A DNA stretch of 64,000 bases from the human T2T-CHM13v2.0 reference genome, Homo sapiens (GCA_009914755.4 CP068257.2:44640001-44704000), one strand, 5' to 3'; numbered from the stretch's first letter, positions 32,487-46,522 are shown. Notes: generated by a model not told the origin, from the letters alone. Program-made: numbers and translations.

Positions 32487-33125
32487 TGTGTGCGTGTAAG
32501 GTTGTCATAGCCTTTGTGCAAGGTTGCAGTTTTGTGTGTGTGTAAGGTTGTCATAGCCTTTGTGCAAGGTTGCAGTTTCGTGTGTGTGTGTAAGGTTGTC
32601 ATAGCCTTTGTGCAAGGTTGCAGTTTCGTGTGTGTGTGTAAGGTTGTCATAGCCTTTGTGCACGGTTGCAGTTTTGTGTGTGTGTAAGGTTGTCATAGCC
32701 TTTGTGCAAGGTTGCAGTTTCGTGTGTGTGTGTAAGGTTGTCATAGGCTTTGTGCAAGGTTGCAGTTTTGTGTGTGTGTAAGGTTGTCATAGCCTTTGTG
32801 CAAGGTTGCAGTTTCGTGTGTGCGTGTAAGGTTGTCATAGCCTTTGTGCAAGGTTGCAGTTTCGTGTGTGTGTGTAAGGTTGTCATAGGCTTTGTGCAAG
32901 GTTGCAGTTTCGTGTGTGTAAGGTTGTCATAGCCTTTGTGCAAGGTTGCGGTTTTGTATGTGTGTAAGGTTGTCATAGCCTTTGTGCAAGGTTGCAGTTT
33001 TGTGTGTGTGTGTAAGATTGTCATAGGCTTTGTGCAAGGTTGCAGTTTCATGTGTGTGTGTAAGGTTGTCATAGCCTTTGTGCAAGGTTGCAGTTTTGTA
33101 TGTGTGTAAGGTTGTCATAGCCTTT
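32487..33125. repeat. Minisatellite of about 14 copies of a 46-47-bp unit (GTAAGGTTGTCATAGCCTTTGTGCAAGGTTGCAGTTT(C/T)GTGTGTGTGT) with embedded (GT)n
   Basis: gtaagg recurs at 32496, 32542 and onward. ORF track shows repetitive peptides (TTLHTHTKLQPCTKAM)n on the minus strand. Lies in YBEY intron 2. Confidence 0.9.
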
Positions 33126-33249
33126 GTTGCAGTTTTTGCCATCTTTAGTGACAGTTTTTGTTATCAGGCATGGAAGTATGAGAATCCTCTCTTCATAGCT
33201 TTCCCCAGCTCTATTTGTCAGGTTTTTTGGTTTGTTTGTATAACCCTAA

Positions 33250-33569
<320 letters not shown>

Positions 33570-33680
33570 TATTCTGACAATTTTCACAATGGAAACAATT
33601 TAGGGCACTTGTGTACGGTTGGCTGGGCAACCCACCCGCCACAGGCCCAGCTGCCACTCTGGCCTGAGACATGCATCTTA

Positions 33681-34283
<603 letters not shown>

Positions 34284-34399
34284 GTGATTTGGTCAGAGAT
34301 AAGTGCTTATTTGCCTTGGGATTAACCAGGATGAAACCTGTCAACCTGTGGTTGGGTTACGTTTCCTGTTCTCTAAGTCTACATTTCCTCATTTTTTAG

Positions 34400-34528
34400 C
34401 ATCTGAAAGCAGGTGAATTTCCCCAGCCTGATTTTCCAGATGACTACAATTTGGGAGACATTTTCCTAGGAGTGGAGTATATCTTCCATCAGTGTAAAGA
34501 AAATGAAGATTACAATGACGTCCTGACT
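34400..34528 (+). CDS. YBEY: YBEY coding exon 3 ([43 protein letters not shown])
   Basis: Acceptor ttttttAG at 34398-34399 and donor ACT|GTAAGC at 34529. Phase 0 to 0. Confidence 0.9.
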
Positions 34529-35544
34529 GTAAGCGGGGATGCTGAAATCATATAACCTGGCTCATGGAACATGGGCCTTGCAAAGGGGTCAAGATCACAA
34601 CCCTGCATCCATGTGTGTCCGTGGGTACCGTAAGGGCTACTGGGGGAAGAACCTGTAAGCAGGGTGTGAGGAGCACCCAGGCTGGGTAGGGACTGCATGC
34701 CCCATGCCACAGTTGAAGGAGGGAGAGAACACGCTGTGAAAACACAGAAGCTCCCAGAGAAGCCTTCTCAGCTTTTATCTCTGGAGTAGAGCAGACTATG
34801 TTGAGCTAACACAGACCTGCTGAATCAGCTTCTTTCTGAGCTGCCAGAAGTACAGAAGTTGGAGCCTCCACCACCTTCCAGATCTGTTTCTCCTCAGTGT
34901 AATCCACCTATGGGTTCTTCCTGCCCACTGCACAGACAAAACCAATTCACTGCAATTGTGGTATTGCAGTAGAGAAAGAGTTTAACACAGAGCTAGCCAA
35001 GCAGAAAGGCTGGAGTTATTATTCAACTCAATCTCCCAGAGAACTCAGAGGCTACAGTTTCTACAGGCAATTTGGCAGGCAGGGGCTAGGGAATGCCTGC
35101 TGCTGATCGGCTGCAGACGGACCATGGGGTGTCAACGATTTTTGTCCCCTGAGTCCGCCTCTGCGTGGAGCCACGGGATCAGCTGAGTCATGAGTCTCAG
35201 GTCCAGGTGGAGTCTGTAGGTTGCCAGAACTCAAAAGTCTGAAAAACATCCCAAAAGACCATTCTTAGGTTGTACTATTGACGTTATCTTATTGGGGAGC
35301 AATTGGGGCGGTCACAAATCTCGTGACCTCTGGCTGCGTGAGTCCTGAGCAGTAGGGAATTACAGCAGGGCAAGCTGGGGAAGCAAGGCCTGCGGGCTGG
35401 TTCTCCTCAGGACACCTACATCTGAGCAGAATTCAGGCCCCTCCCATCATCCTAATCTTGTGGCCCTTCACAAGCTTCACAGAGGTGGCTTCGGTCTTGA
35501 GCAAGGAGGGGATTCGTTTTAGGGAGGGATGATTACTATTCTTG

Positions 35545-38500
35545 ATTTAAAGTTAAACTCTAGATTAAATTCCTCCCGTGGTTAGCTTGGCCTGTGCCCG
35601 GGACTGAGTGGGGACAGCCACGCAAGTTAAACTCTAGATTAAATTCCTCCCGCGGTTAGCCTGACCCGTGCCCGGGACTCAGTGGAGTCAGCCACACAAG
35701 TTAAACTCTAGATTAAATTCCTCCCGCGGTTAGCCTGACCCATGCCCGGGACTCAGTGGAGTCAGCCACGCAAGTTAGACTCTAGATTAAATTCCTCCCG
35801 CGGTTAGCCTGACCCATGCCCGGGACTGAGTGGGGACAGCCACACAAGTTAAACTCTAGATTAAATTCCTCCCGCGGTTAGCCTGACCCATGCCCGGGAC
35901 TCAGTGGAGTCAGCCACGCAAGTTAGACTCTAGATTAAATTCCTCCCGCGGTTAGCCTGACCCGTGCCCGGGACTGAGTGGGGACAGCCACGCAAGTTAA
36001 ACTCTAGATTAAATTCCTCCCGCGGTTAGCCTGACCCGTGCCCGGGACTCAGTGGGGACAGCCACACAAGTTAAACTCTAGATTAAATTCCTCCCGCGGT
36101 TAGCCTGACCCGTGCCCGGAAGTGAGTGGAGTCGGCCACACAAGTTAAACTCTAGATTAAATTCCTCCCGTGGTTAGCCTGACCCATGCCCGGGACTCAG
36201 TGGGGACAGCCACGCAAGTTAAACTCTAGATTAAATTCCTCCCGCGGTTAGCCTGACCCGTGCCCGGGACTCAGTGGGGACAGCCACACAAGTTAAACTC
36301 TAGATTAAATTCCTCCCGCGGTTAGCCTGACCCGTGCCCGGGACTCAGTGGAATCAGCCACACAAGTTAAACTCTAGATTAAATTCCTCCCGCGGTTAGC
36401 CTGACCCATGCCCGGGACTCAGTGGAGTCAGCCACGCAAGTTAGACTCTAGATTAAATTCCTCCCGCGGTTAGCCTGACCCATGCCCGGGACTCAGTGGA
36501 GTCAGCCACACAAGTTAAACTCTAGATTAAATTCCTCCCGCGGTTAGCCTGACCCGTGCCCGGAAGTGAGTGGAGTCAGCCACACAAGTTAAACTCTAGA
36601 TTAAATTCCTCCCGCGGTTAGCCTGACCCGTGCCCGGGACTCAGTGGAGTCAGCCACACAAGTTAAACTCTAGATTAAATTCCTCCCGCGGTTAGCCTGA
36701 CCCATGCCCGGGACTCAGTGGAGTCAGCCACACAAGTTAAACTCTAGATTAAATTCCTCCCGCGGTTAGCCTGACCCGTGCCCGGGACTCAGTGGAGTCA
36801 GCCACACAAGTTAGACTCTAGATTAAATTCCTCCCGCGGTTAGCCTGACCCGTGCCCGGGACTCAGTGGAGTCAGCCACACAAGTTAAACTCTAGATTAA
36901 ATTCCTCCCGCGGTTAGCCTGACCCGTGCCCGGGACTCAGTGGAGTCAGCCACACAAGTTAGACTCTAGATTAAATTCCTCCCGCGGTTAGCCTGACCCG
37001 TGCCCGGGACTCAGTGGAGTCAGCCACACAAGTTAGACTCTAGATTAAATTCCTCCCGCGGTTAGCCTGACCCGTGCCCGGGACTCAGTGGGGACAGCCA
37101 CACAAGTTAAACTCTAGATTAAATTCCTCCCGTGGTTAGCCTGACCCATGCCCGGGACTCAGTGGGGACAGCCACACAAGTTAAACTCTAGATTAAATTC
37201 CTCCCGCGGTTAGCCTGACCCATGCCCGGGACTCAGTGGAGTCAGCCACACAAGTTAGACTCTAGATTAAATTCCTCCCGCGGTTAGCCTGACCCGTGCC
37301 CGGGACTCAGTGGAGTCAGCCACACAAGTTAAACTCTAGATTAAATTCCTCCCGCGGTTAGCCTGACCCGTGCCCGGGACTCAGTGGAGTCAGCCACACA
37401 AGTTAGACTCTAGATTAAATTCCTCCCGCGGTTAGCCTGACCCGTGCCCGGGACTCAGTGGAGTCAGCCACACAAGTTAGACTCTAGATTAAATTCCTCC
37501 CGCGGTTAGCCTGACCCGTGCCCGGGACTCAGTGGGGACAGCCACACAAGTTAGACTCTAGATTAAATTCCTCCCGCGGTTAGCCTGACCCGTGCCCGGG
37601 ACTCAGTGGAGTCAGCCACACAAGTTAAACTCTAGATTAAATTCCTCCCGCGGTTAGCCTGACCCGTGCCCGGGACTCAGTGGGGACAGCCACACAAGTT
37701 AAACTCTAGATTAAATTCCTCCCGCGGTTAGCCTGACCCGTGCCCGGGACTCAGTGGGGACAGCCACACAAGTTAAACTCTAGATTAAATTCCTCCCGCG
37801 GTTAGCCTGACCCATGCCCGGGACTCAGTGGGGACAGCCACACAAGTTAGACTCTAGATTAAATTCCTCCCGCGGTTAGCCTGACCCGTGCCCGGGACTC
37901 AGTGGAGTCAGCCACACAAGTTAAACTCTAGATTAAATTCCTCCCGCGGTTAGCCTGACCCATGCCCGGGACTCAGTGGAGTCAGCCACGCAAGTTAGAC
38001 TCTAGATTAAATTCCTCCCGCGGTTAGCCTGACCCGTGCCCGGGACTCAGTGGAGTCAGCCACACAAGTTAGACTCTAGATTAAATTCCTCCCGCGGTTA
38101 GCCTGACCCATGCCCGGGACTCAGTGGAGTCAGCCACGCAAGTTAGACTCTAGATTAAATTCCTCCCGCGGTTAGCCTGACCCGTGCCCGGGACTCAGTG
38201 GAGTCAGCCACACAAGTTAAACTCTAGATTAAATTCCTCCCGCGGTTAGCCTGACCCGTGCCCGGGACTCAGTGGGGACAGCCACACAAGTTAAACTCTA
38301 GATTAAATTCCTCCCGCGGTTAGCCTGACCCATGCCCGGGACTCAGTGGAGTCAGCCACGCAAGTTAGACTCTAGATTAAATTCCTCCCGCGGTTAGCCT
38401 GACCCGTGCCCGGGACTCAGTGGAGTCAGCCACACAAGTTAAACTCTAGATTAAATTCCTCCCGCGGTTAGCCTGACCCATGCCCGGGACTCAGTGGAGT

Positions 38501-40055
38501 CAGCCACACAAGTTAAACTCTAGATTAAATTCCTCCCGCGGTTAGCCTGACCCGTGCCCGGGACTCAGTGGAGTCAGCCACACAAGTTAGACTCTAGATT
38601 AAATTCCTCCCGCGGTTAGCCTGACCCATGCCCGGGACTCAGTGGAGTCAGCCACACAAGTTAGACTCTAGATTAAATTCCTCCCGCGGTTAGCCTGACC
38701 CATGCCCGGGACTCAGTGGAGTCAGCCACGCAAGTTAGACTCTAGATTAAATTCCTCCCGCGGTTAGCCTGACCCGTGCCCGGGACTCAGTGGAGTCAGC
38801 CACACAAGTTAAACTCTAGATTAAATTCCTCCCGCGGTTAGCCTGACCCGTGCCCGGGACTCAGTGGGGACAGCCACGCAAGTTAGACTCTAGATTAAAT
38901 TCCTCCCGCGGTTAGCCTGACCCGTGCCCGGGACTCAGTGGGGACAGCCACGCAAGTTAAACTCTAGATTAAATTCCTCCCGCGGTTAGCCTGACCCGTG
39001 CCCGGGACTCAGTGGAGTCAGCCACACAAGTTAGACTCTAGATTAAATTCCTCCCGCGGTTAGCCTGACCCGTGCCCGGGACTCAGTGGAGTCAGCCACA
39101 CAAGTTAGACTCTAGATTAAATTCCTCCCGCGGTTAGCCTGACCCATGCCCGGGACTCAGTGGGGACAGCCACGCAAGTTAGACTCTAGATTAAATTCCT
39201 CCCGCGGTTAGCCTGACCCGTGCCCGGGACTCAGTGGGGACAGCCACGCAAGTTAAACTCTAGATTAAATTCCTCCCGCGGTTAGCCTGACCCATGCCCG
39301 GGACTCAGTGGGGACAGCCACACAAGTTAAACTCTAGATTAAATTCCTCCCGCGGTTAGCCTGACCCGTGCCCGGGACTCAGTGGAGTCAGCCACGCAAG
39401 TTAGACTCTAGATTAAATTCCTCCCGCGGTTAGCCTGACCCGTGCCCGGGACTCAGTGGGGACAGCCACACAAGTTAGACTCTAGATTAAATTCCTCCCG
39501 CGGTTAGCCTGACCCGTGCCCGGGACTCAGTGGAGTCAGCCACGCAAGTTAGACTCTAGATTAAATTCCTCCCGCGGTTAGCCTGACCCGTGCCCGGGAC
39601 TCAGTGGGGACAGCCACGCAAGTTAGACTCTAGATTAAATTCCTCCCGCGGTTAGCCTGACCCGTGCCCGGGACTCAGTGGAGTCAGCCACGCAAGTTAG
39701 ACTCTAGATTAAATTCCTCCCGCGGTTAGCCTGACCCGTGCCCCGGACTCAGTGGGGACAGCCACGCAAGTTAAACTCTAGATTAAATTCCTCCCGTGGT
39801 TAGCCTGACCCGTGCCCGGGACTCAGTGGGGACAGCCACGCAAGTTAGACTCTAGATTAAATTCCTCCCGCGGTTAGCCTGACCCGTGCCCGGGACTCAG
39901 TGGAGTCAGCCACGCAAGTTAGACTCTAGATTAAATTCCTCCCGCGGTTAGCCTGACCCGTGCCCGGAAGTGAGTGGAGTCGGCCACGCAAGTTAGACTC
40001 TAGATTAAATTCCTCCCGCGGTTAGCCTGACCCATGCCCGGGACTCGGTGGAATC
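35545..40055. repeat. VNTR minisatellite: about 61 tandem copies of a 74-bp unit (ACAAGTTAAACTCTAGATTAAATTCCTCCCGCGGTTAGCCTGACCCGTGCCCGGGACTCAGTGGAGTCAGCCAC) in YBEY intron 3
   Basis: Exact 74-nt periodicity, e.g. tagatt at 35561 and 35635. Variant units interspersed at about 5 positions: A/G in gttaAactc, G/A in cccGtg, GAGTC/GGGAC, C/T in cgCgg, A/G at the unit junction. Stop codons in all frames, so no ORF of 60 aa or more falls in 35250..40047. Confidence 0.95.
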
Positions 40056-40840
40056 AGCCACCCCAGACCTCTCTCACTGTTATCATTTTTGCACAGGTGG
40101 TTTCAGCAGCTTGATGCCAAAAAAAATAAAAAAGGAAAAGTATTCTGAAAAGCCATGTATGAGTGAATCATACTTAACTTGGCCTCCTTTGGCTGCACAG
40201 CCATGCCCTGAATCGCCCTTGTGGATCCAAGTGCATCCGTGTGGCTTGAGGCAGAGCTTCCCAGCCAGACCCAGTGTGAAAGGATGGGACGGCCACACAG
40301 GAACCTGGGCCCCAACTGCTCCCTCCAGACCTGGGTGGGACTTGCCCGCCATGCACACCCTGCTGGGGAAGAGGGAGTTTCTGAGAGTGACAGGAAGTGG
40401 CCCAGCCGGAGATTCAGCCCTGGGATCTCTGTGGCCAGCAACTGTGGGCGGGGGGGTATGTGGACATCTGCTTCCATTTTCCCCAAACCTAAGATTCTGT
40501 TCCCTGGTCTTCCCCTGGCATTTCTTCCTCGGGCCCAGAGCCCTCTCCTTGGGGCTCCCTATTACCCTGAGGGGAGGGCCAGCCCACCAGCCCAGGACCC
40601 CATCCTCATAGCCACAGGCCAGGCCAGCTCTGCTCAGGGCTGGCTCTCAGTTGCACTCTCCATCTACCCTGCCTTGTCCTCCATGTCTCCAGGCACCTCC
40701 CGCCAGCCCCAAGGATACCCACCTCCCAGACCTCCCTCCTCCCTCCACCCAAACCCCAGGGGAGTGCTACCCCTATGGCCCATGTGGCTCCATAAACCCC
40801 CTTGGTGCTGTGCCTGCTCAGGGTCCACAGGCCCTCCCTC

Positions 40841-40868
40841 CTCTTCCTCCTCCTCCTCCTCTTCCCCC
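40841..40868. repeat. (CTC)n / (GAG)n trinucleotide run
   Basis: Reads ctcttcctcctcctcctcctcttccccc; encodes poly-E or poly-L-P in the long GC-rich ORFs. Confidence 0.8.
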
Positions 40869-41520
40869 AGCTCTGGGCTCCATCCGGGTGCCCCTCCCCT
40901 GTGGGCTTTAATCCAGCCCTCTCTCCAGGGGGACATGGCGACTGTGGGTCTTCCTGACTCACCAGCAGCTGCACCTCCCTCCGCCTCCGCCTTCATACCT
41001 CTCCCCCACTCCCTGTGCTGCCTGTGCCCCAAAGCTTTACCCAGAGTGTTCAGTAAAATCAGGGGCCACCGGAGGCCCCATCCTCTGACTGGGGGTTGGA
41101 CCTGGGGTGTGGGCTGTGCGCTTGCCTCGTCCCTCTTAGGGCAGGGAGGCCACCCCTGGCCGGTGCCCCACTGCCCCACCACCCCGTGGCACCCACCCCT
41201 CCCCACTTCTTCATATTCCATCCCCCCTTGCCCATTGCTCCTGCGGCTGGGCAGTTCCATCCTGGGGGCCCCTCCCCAGCACAGTGCTGGCCCAGACAGC
41301 AATCCACGTTGACTAAAGACTCTCAAAGGGGCTTGCTTGCTTTCCATTTTAGATGGAAGGGAACTGAAGCTGAGTGCCTGTAATTCCTGCCCAGGGGTCT
41401 CACAGCAACCCTGGGGTCCTGCAGCCACATACCAAGAGCAGCCTGTGGCCCTGGGGTGGCCCTGAAGGGGCAGGTTCCTGTGGGGTCATCCTCTGAGCCG
41501 GTTTAAAATTATTCTGACAG

Positions 41521-41589
41521 GTGACGGCCACCCACGGACTCTGTCACTTGCTGGGATTCACACACGGCACGGAGGCAGAGTGGCAGCAG
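41521..41589 (+). CDS. YBEY: YBEY coding exon 4 ([23 protein letters not shown]; HxxxH-type metal-binding motif region)
   Basis: Acceptor gacAG at 41519-41520 and donor CAG|GTAAGG at 41590. Confidence 0.9.
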
Positions 41590-42072
41590 GTAAGGAGCCC
41601 ATCCATCCCACTACCGAGGGGGTGCGTGGGGGAAGGAGGCTCCCCCAGGCCCCTGCCAGCCCCCACCCTCCATCCTGACCGCCCCCGCAGGAACTGGACC
41701 TCAGACCTGCCCTTGTAAAAATGACACAGATGTTTGCTTTCAACACCGGGCTCCCCTAATACTTCCAGCTGAATGTGTTCACTAAGGAAAGCGGTCTGAG
41801 TGCAGAGGCCGAGAGCCACAGCTGACACTAGCAAGTGGCGCTTGGTCAAAAAGGTCCAATCAGCTAGAGACTAGGCCAGACCCAGGGCGGAGGCGGGAGC
41901 TCTGCGTGGAGTGAGTTCCGGGTTGGTTTCCTCCAGACCCATGCGCTCCGCCTACGGAGGCCCACGTGGGCTCCGGTCCACATGGTTAACAGGCACACAA
42001 GCCCGTGTTGGGAGCAAACTGCTTCTCTGAAAGTCATGAAAAACCTTTTTCATTAAAAAAAGAAAAAGTTTG

Positions 42073-42683
<611 letters not shown>

Positions 42684-42898
42684 TTATTCTCCCGGCCTGT
42701 GGCGGTTCGTGCACTCGCTGAGCTCAGGTTCTGGTGAAGGTGCCCGGAGCCGGGTCCCGCCCTTCGGCCTGAGCTAGAGCCGCGCGGGCGGCCGGGTTCC
42801 CCCAAACCCTGTGGGAGGGGCATCCCGAGGAGGCGACCCCAGAGAGTGGGGCGCGGACACCTTCCCTGGGGAGGGCCAGCGCGCTTCCTTCCTTCCAG

Positions 42899-42994
42899 AT
42901 GTTCCAGAAGGAGAAGGCGGTGCTGGACGAGCTGGGCCGACGCACGGGGACCCGGCTGCAGCCCCTGACCCGGGGCCTCTTCGGAGGGAGCTGA
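42899..42994 (+). CDS. YBEY: YBEY terminal coding exon (MFQKEKAVLDELGRRTGTRLQPLTRGLFGGS, stop TGA at 42992-42994)
   Basis: Acceptor ccttccAG at 42897-42898. Total CDS is 70+43+23+31 = 167 aa. Confidence 0.9.
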   Translation: MFQKEKAVLDELGRRTGTRLQPLTRGLFGGS

Positions 42995-43062
42995 GGGCCG
43001 CGTTCCTTCTGAAAGCGGGACGCGGGAGGGGTGGAGGCTGCGGGGAGCCGGGGTCGCACACA

Positions 43063-43068
43063 AATAAA
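43063..43068 (+). terminator. YBEY: YBEY polyadenylation signal AATAAA (cleavage expected around 43085-43095)
   Basis: AAATAAATAACG lies 70 nt after the stop codon and is followed by a GT-rich stretch. Confidence 0.7.
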
Positions 43069-43791
43069 TAACGAATGAACGTACGAGGGGAACCTCCTCT
43101 TATTTCCTTCACGTTGCATCGGGTATTTTTCATTATTGTAAATAAAACGGTTCCGAGCCGTGGCATCGAGAGGGCGTCTGGAGTTCAGGGAACGCGTGGC
43201 CCCCGCCCGGGAGCACCGCGCAGCGCTCGCCTCTCGCCCTTCAAGGGGGTCCCTGCCCGGAGCCTGCGCCCCCGGAGAGGAAGGGGCTCGAGGGGCTTGG
43301 GTGCCGCAGCGCGTCCTTCCGTAGAAAAGGCTTGCGTCAGTATTTCCTGCTTTACCTCCTGAGTATTGGAATATTCGAGTAAACCCTGGAGTTTCAGCGC
43401 CAGCGCACGCCTCTTCATCAGGGCAGCGCGTCGCGAGCGCGCTGGTTCCCCGGGGCCTCCCGGCCACGGACACCGCTCTAGCCAGGGCCACGGCGAGGCC
43501 GCCGAGCAGCACCTCAGAGACCTGCGTGAGTTCTAAAGCCTGGGGCTACTACAATTCTGCTCATCTGTTTGTCCTGTGAAATGATTCAGGGACATGAAAA
43601 TGCCTTCCCACTGGACTTGCGTCCTGTCTTAGCCTGGACTTGTCCCCTTGGGAACACGGGCCAGGCCCCTCTGTTCCTGAAGTCGCTGCACCACCGCGCC
43701 CTTCGGTGAAGAGCGTTCTGTTTACTGTGAGACATAGCTTCATGTCGAAAAAGTACTCGTGAAAACAGAAAATGGAGTCAGCTTTAATCCA

Positions 43792-43794
<3 letters not shown>

Positions 43795-43827
<33 letters not shown>

Positions 43828-44108
43828 AGACGGAGTCTCGCTCTGTCGCCCAGGCTGGAGAGCAGTGGCGCAATCTGGGCTCACTGCAGGCTCCGCCCGC
43901 CGGGGTTCACGCCATTCTCCTGCTTCATCCTCCCGAGTAGCTGGGACTACAGGCGCCTGCCACCTCGCCCGGCTAATTTTTTGTATTTTTAGTAGAGACG
44001 GGGTTTCACTGTGTTAGCCAGGATGGTCTCCATCTCCTGACCTCGTGATCCGCCCACCTCGGCCTCCCAAAGTGCTGGGATTACAGGCGTGAGCCACCAC
44101 GCCCGGCC
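43795..44108 (-). mobile_element. Alu SINE (AluY-like), full length, with a 36-nt poly-T
   Basis: Near-consensus reverse Alu. Confidence 0.95.
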
Positions 44109-44646
<538 letters not shown>

Positions 44647-45520
44647 CCAACCCTTTGTTTCTTTAGGGAATGTGAGCAAATGCCCTTCTGACCTGAATCT
44701 GAGGAAGAGCCGCCCGTGGCCCAGGCAGCAGCAGCATCACCTGTTGCAGGGTAGTTTCCTGCTCTAGGAACCTGGTAGTTAGGAGTGGGGGCTCACAGGT
44801 CACCACTGCCCAGCCTGTCCCCAGCCATACTGCCCTGATTCTGGACCCTCTTGCAAGCCAGAGTGTCGTCAGAGCAGGTCCGTCCTCATCCTTCTGCTCC
44901 CAGAGTCACCCGGCCCTTCACGTTCTGTGTGGTTCCAGATTCAGCTCCTCACATGCCAGGAAGAATGTGGTATCTTGACTGGAGTTGCATTGAATCTGCA
45001 GATCTGCCAACCCTGTGGAGGCTCTGACCCATGCATATGTGCTGCCTTGGTCCCTGGGTCATCTTCAACCTCTCTCAGTGAGTGTCACCCAACTTATCAG
45101 GTGTACAGGTGTGCACAATGTGCCCTGAGCCCCCCCCACCACAGGCAAGGAGGTGTGGCCATGAGAAGCCCCCACTCCTAACTACCAGGTACCAGGCACC
45201 CAGACCCCAAAACCCCTGCCAAGTAGCCCAAGCCCATTTTCAGGGCCTGCTCTGAGCTCTTCAGCCTACCCAGGTGGACCAAGGGGGACCAAGGGGGACT
45301 GTGTATGGGGGTGAGCTCATCCCCTGCCCCACCCTCAGGTGTGACCCCACCCCTCCTGCAGGCCAGTCAAGGCTAAGCCAGTGCAGCTGTGCCCTCACCA
45401 GACACTCTGGATGCCAGAGCCTTTCATCCCTGTGAACCCAGCAAGACCAGGCCATCCAAAGACCACCACTTCCTGTGACATTTCTTCCCTCTGTTGTATG
45501 AAAAATTCTGTTGAGAAATA

Positions 45521-45526
45521 TTTAAT
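45521..45526 (-). terminator. C21orf58: Minus-strand ATTAAA; candidate distal polyA signal and 3' end of C21orf58 (about 2.4 kb past the YBEY end, as in the reference gene spacing)
   Basis: The minus strand reads CCTATTAAATATTTCTCAACAG. The implied 3'UTR would contain an antisense Alu (45528..45819). Confidence 0.25.
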
Positions 45527-45527
45527 A

Positions 45528-45819
<292 letters not shown>

Positions 45820-46522
45820 CACTTTTAATAGAAAGAAAGAAATGCCATGCTGGAAAGTCACCTTGAAAAGAGGAAATGGAGTCTGAGCTTTGGTTTGAGC
45901 TTTTAACGAGAGCACAGAGTCTCTGGAATCACCTTCAAGAGGCACGAAAAGATGGTTCTGAGAGAAGTGAGTGTTACTGCCAGTAGCTGCGCTGGGCCCT
46001 TCGGTGTTCACACCTGCCCGTCCATGTCAGCACCAGGTGGCTGTCCCTGGGGAGCTCTGCAGCTCAGTGGCAACTCTCTGGTCATCCTGTCTCCTACCTG
46101 CAAACTTTCAAAGATGGAAGCACTGGGACAGGGTTCCTCCTTGTGCGGAACTTCAGGAATGAAAGAATCTGTCCTAATAGGGGGTGAATGAAAGTTTATG
46201 TATACTACTTAAAAATATGTAAACAACATTAAAAGAGCAAAGAAACATAATTGCACCCAAAAAAAAAAGTAACAAAAAGTAAAGAAAAGAAATAGTCAAG
46301 GTAGCCTGTCCACATGGTAAGAAACCCCACAGCACAGAAGGAAACTGAACTGAGGGGAGTGAGCCGCCCTTCCACTGCCCAGCACTCACCTTTGCTTTAC
46401 AGGAACAAGAGCTGTGCAAACCAGCATGTAGAGATTTCTGCATTTATAGCATTAGCACTCTCCCTTTTTTTTTTTTTATTAACTCAAAAGGGATCACGTC
46501 ATACACAGCTTGCTTCTTTCAC

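Larger units (their letters stand above)
42690..43530. promoter_or_regulatory. Second CpG island overlapping the YBEY terminal exon and 3' end
   Basis: Dense CpG and GC. Long ORFs on both strands (42724..43512 minus, 262 aa). A plus-strand donor-like CTGC|GTGAGT sits at about 43527. Confidence 0.6.

Noticed and set aside
32468-33142. Repetitive ORFs TTLHTHTKLQPCTKAM... on the minus strand and CKVVIAFVQGCSFVC... on the plus strand
   Set aside because: They are translation of the 46-bp minisatellite.
35545-40055. Regular 74-bp direct repeats could superficially suggest a CRISPR array
   Set aside because: The units are contiguous with no unique spacers; the sequence context is primate chromosomal DNA (Alus, spliced genes). 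It is a minisatellite, not CRISPR.
40221-41312. 363-aa plus-strand ORF, with the overlapping 254-aa minus ORF 40664..41428 and the 187-aa ORF 40048..40611
   Set aside because: Long stop-free ORFs on both strands of the same GC-rich segment are the expected by-product of low A/T content. The composition is low-complexity P/S/G-rich, with no start or splice context. Kept only as a low-interest finding.
42724-43512. 262-aa minus-strand ORF and the 172-aa ORF 42545..43063
   Set aside because: They lie over the second CpG island and part of a polypyrimidine tract and are Arg/Gly/Pro-rich. The real coding there is the short YBEY terminal exon on the plus strand.
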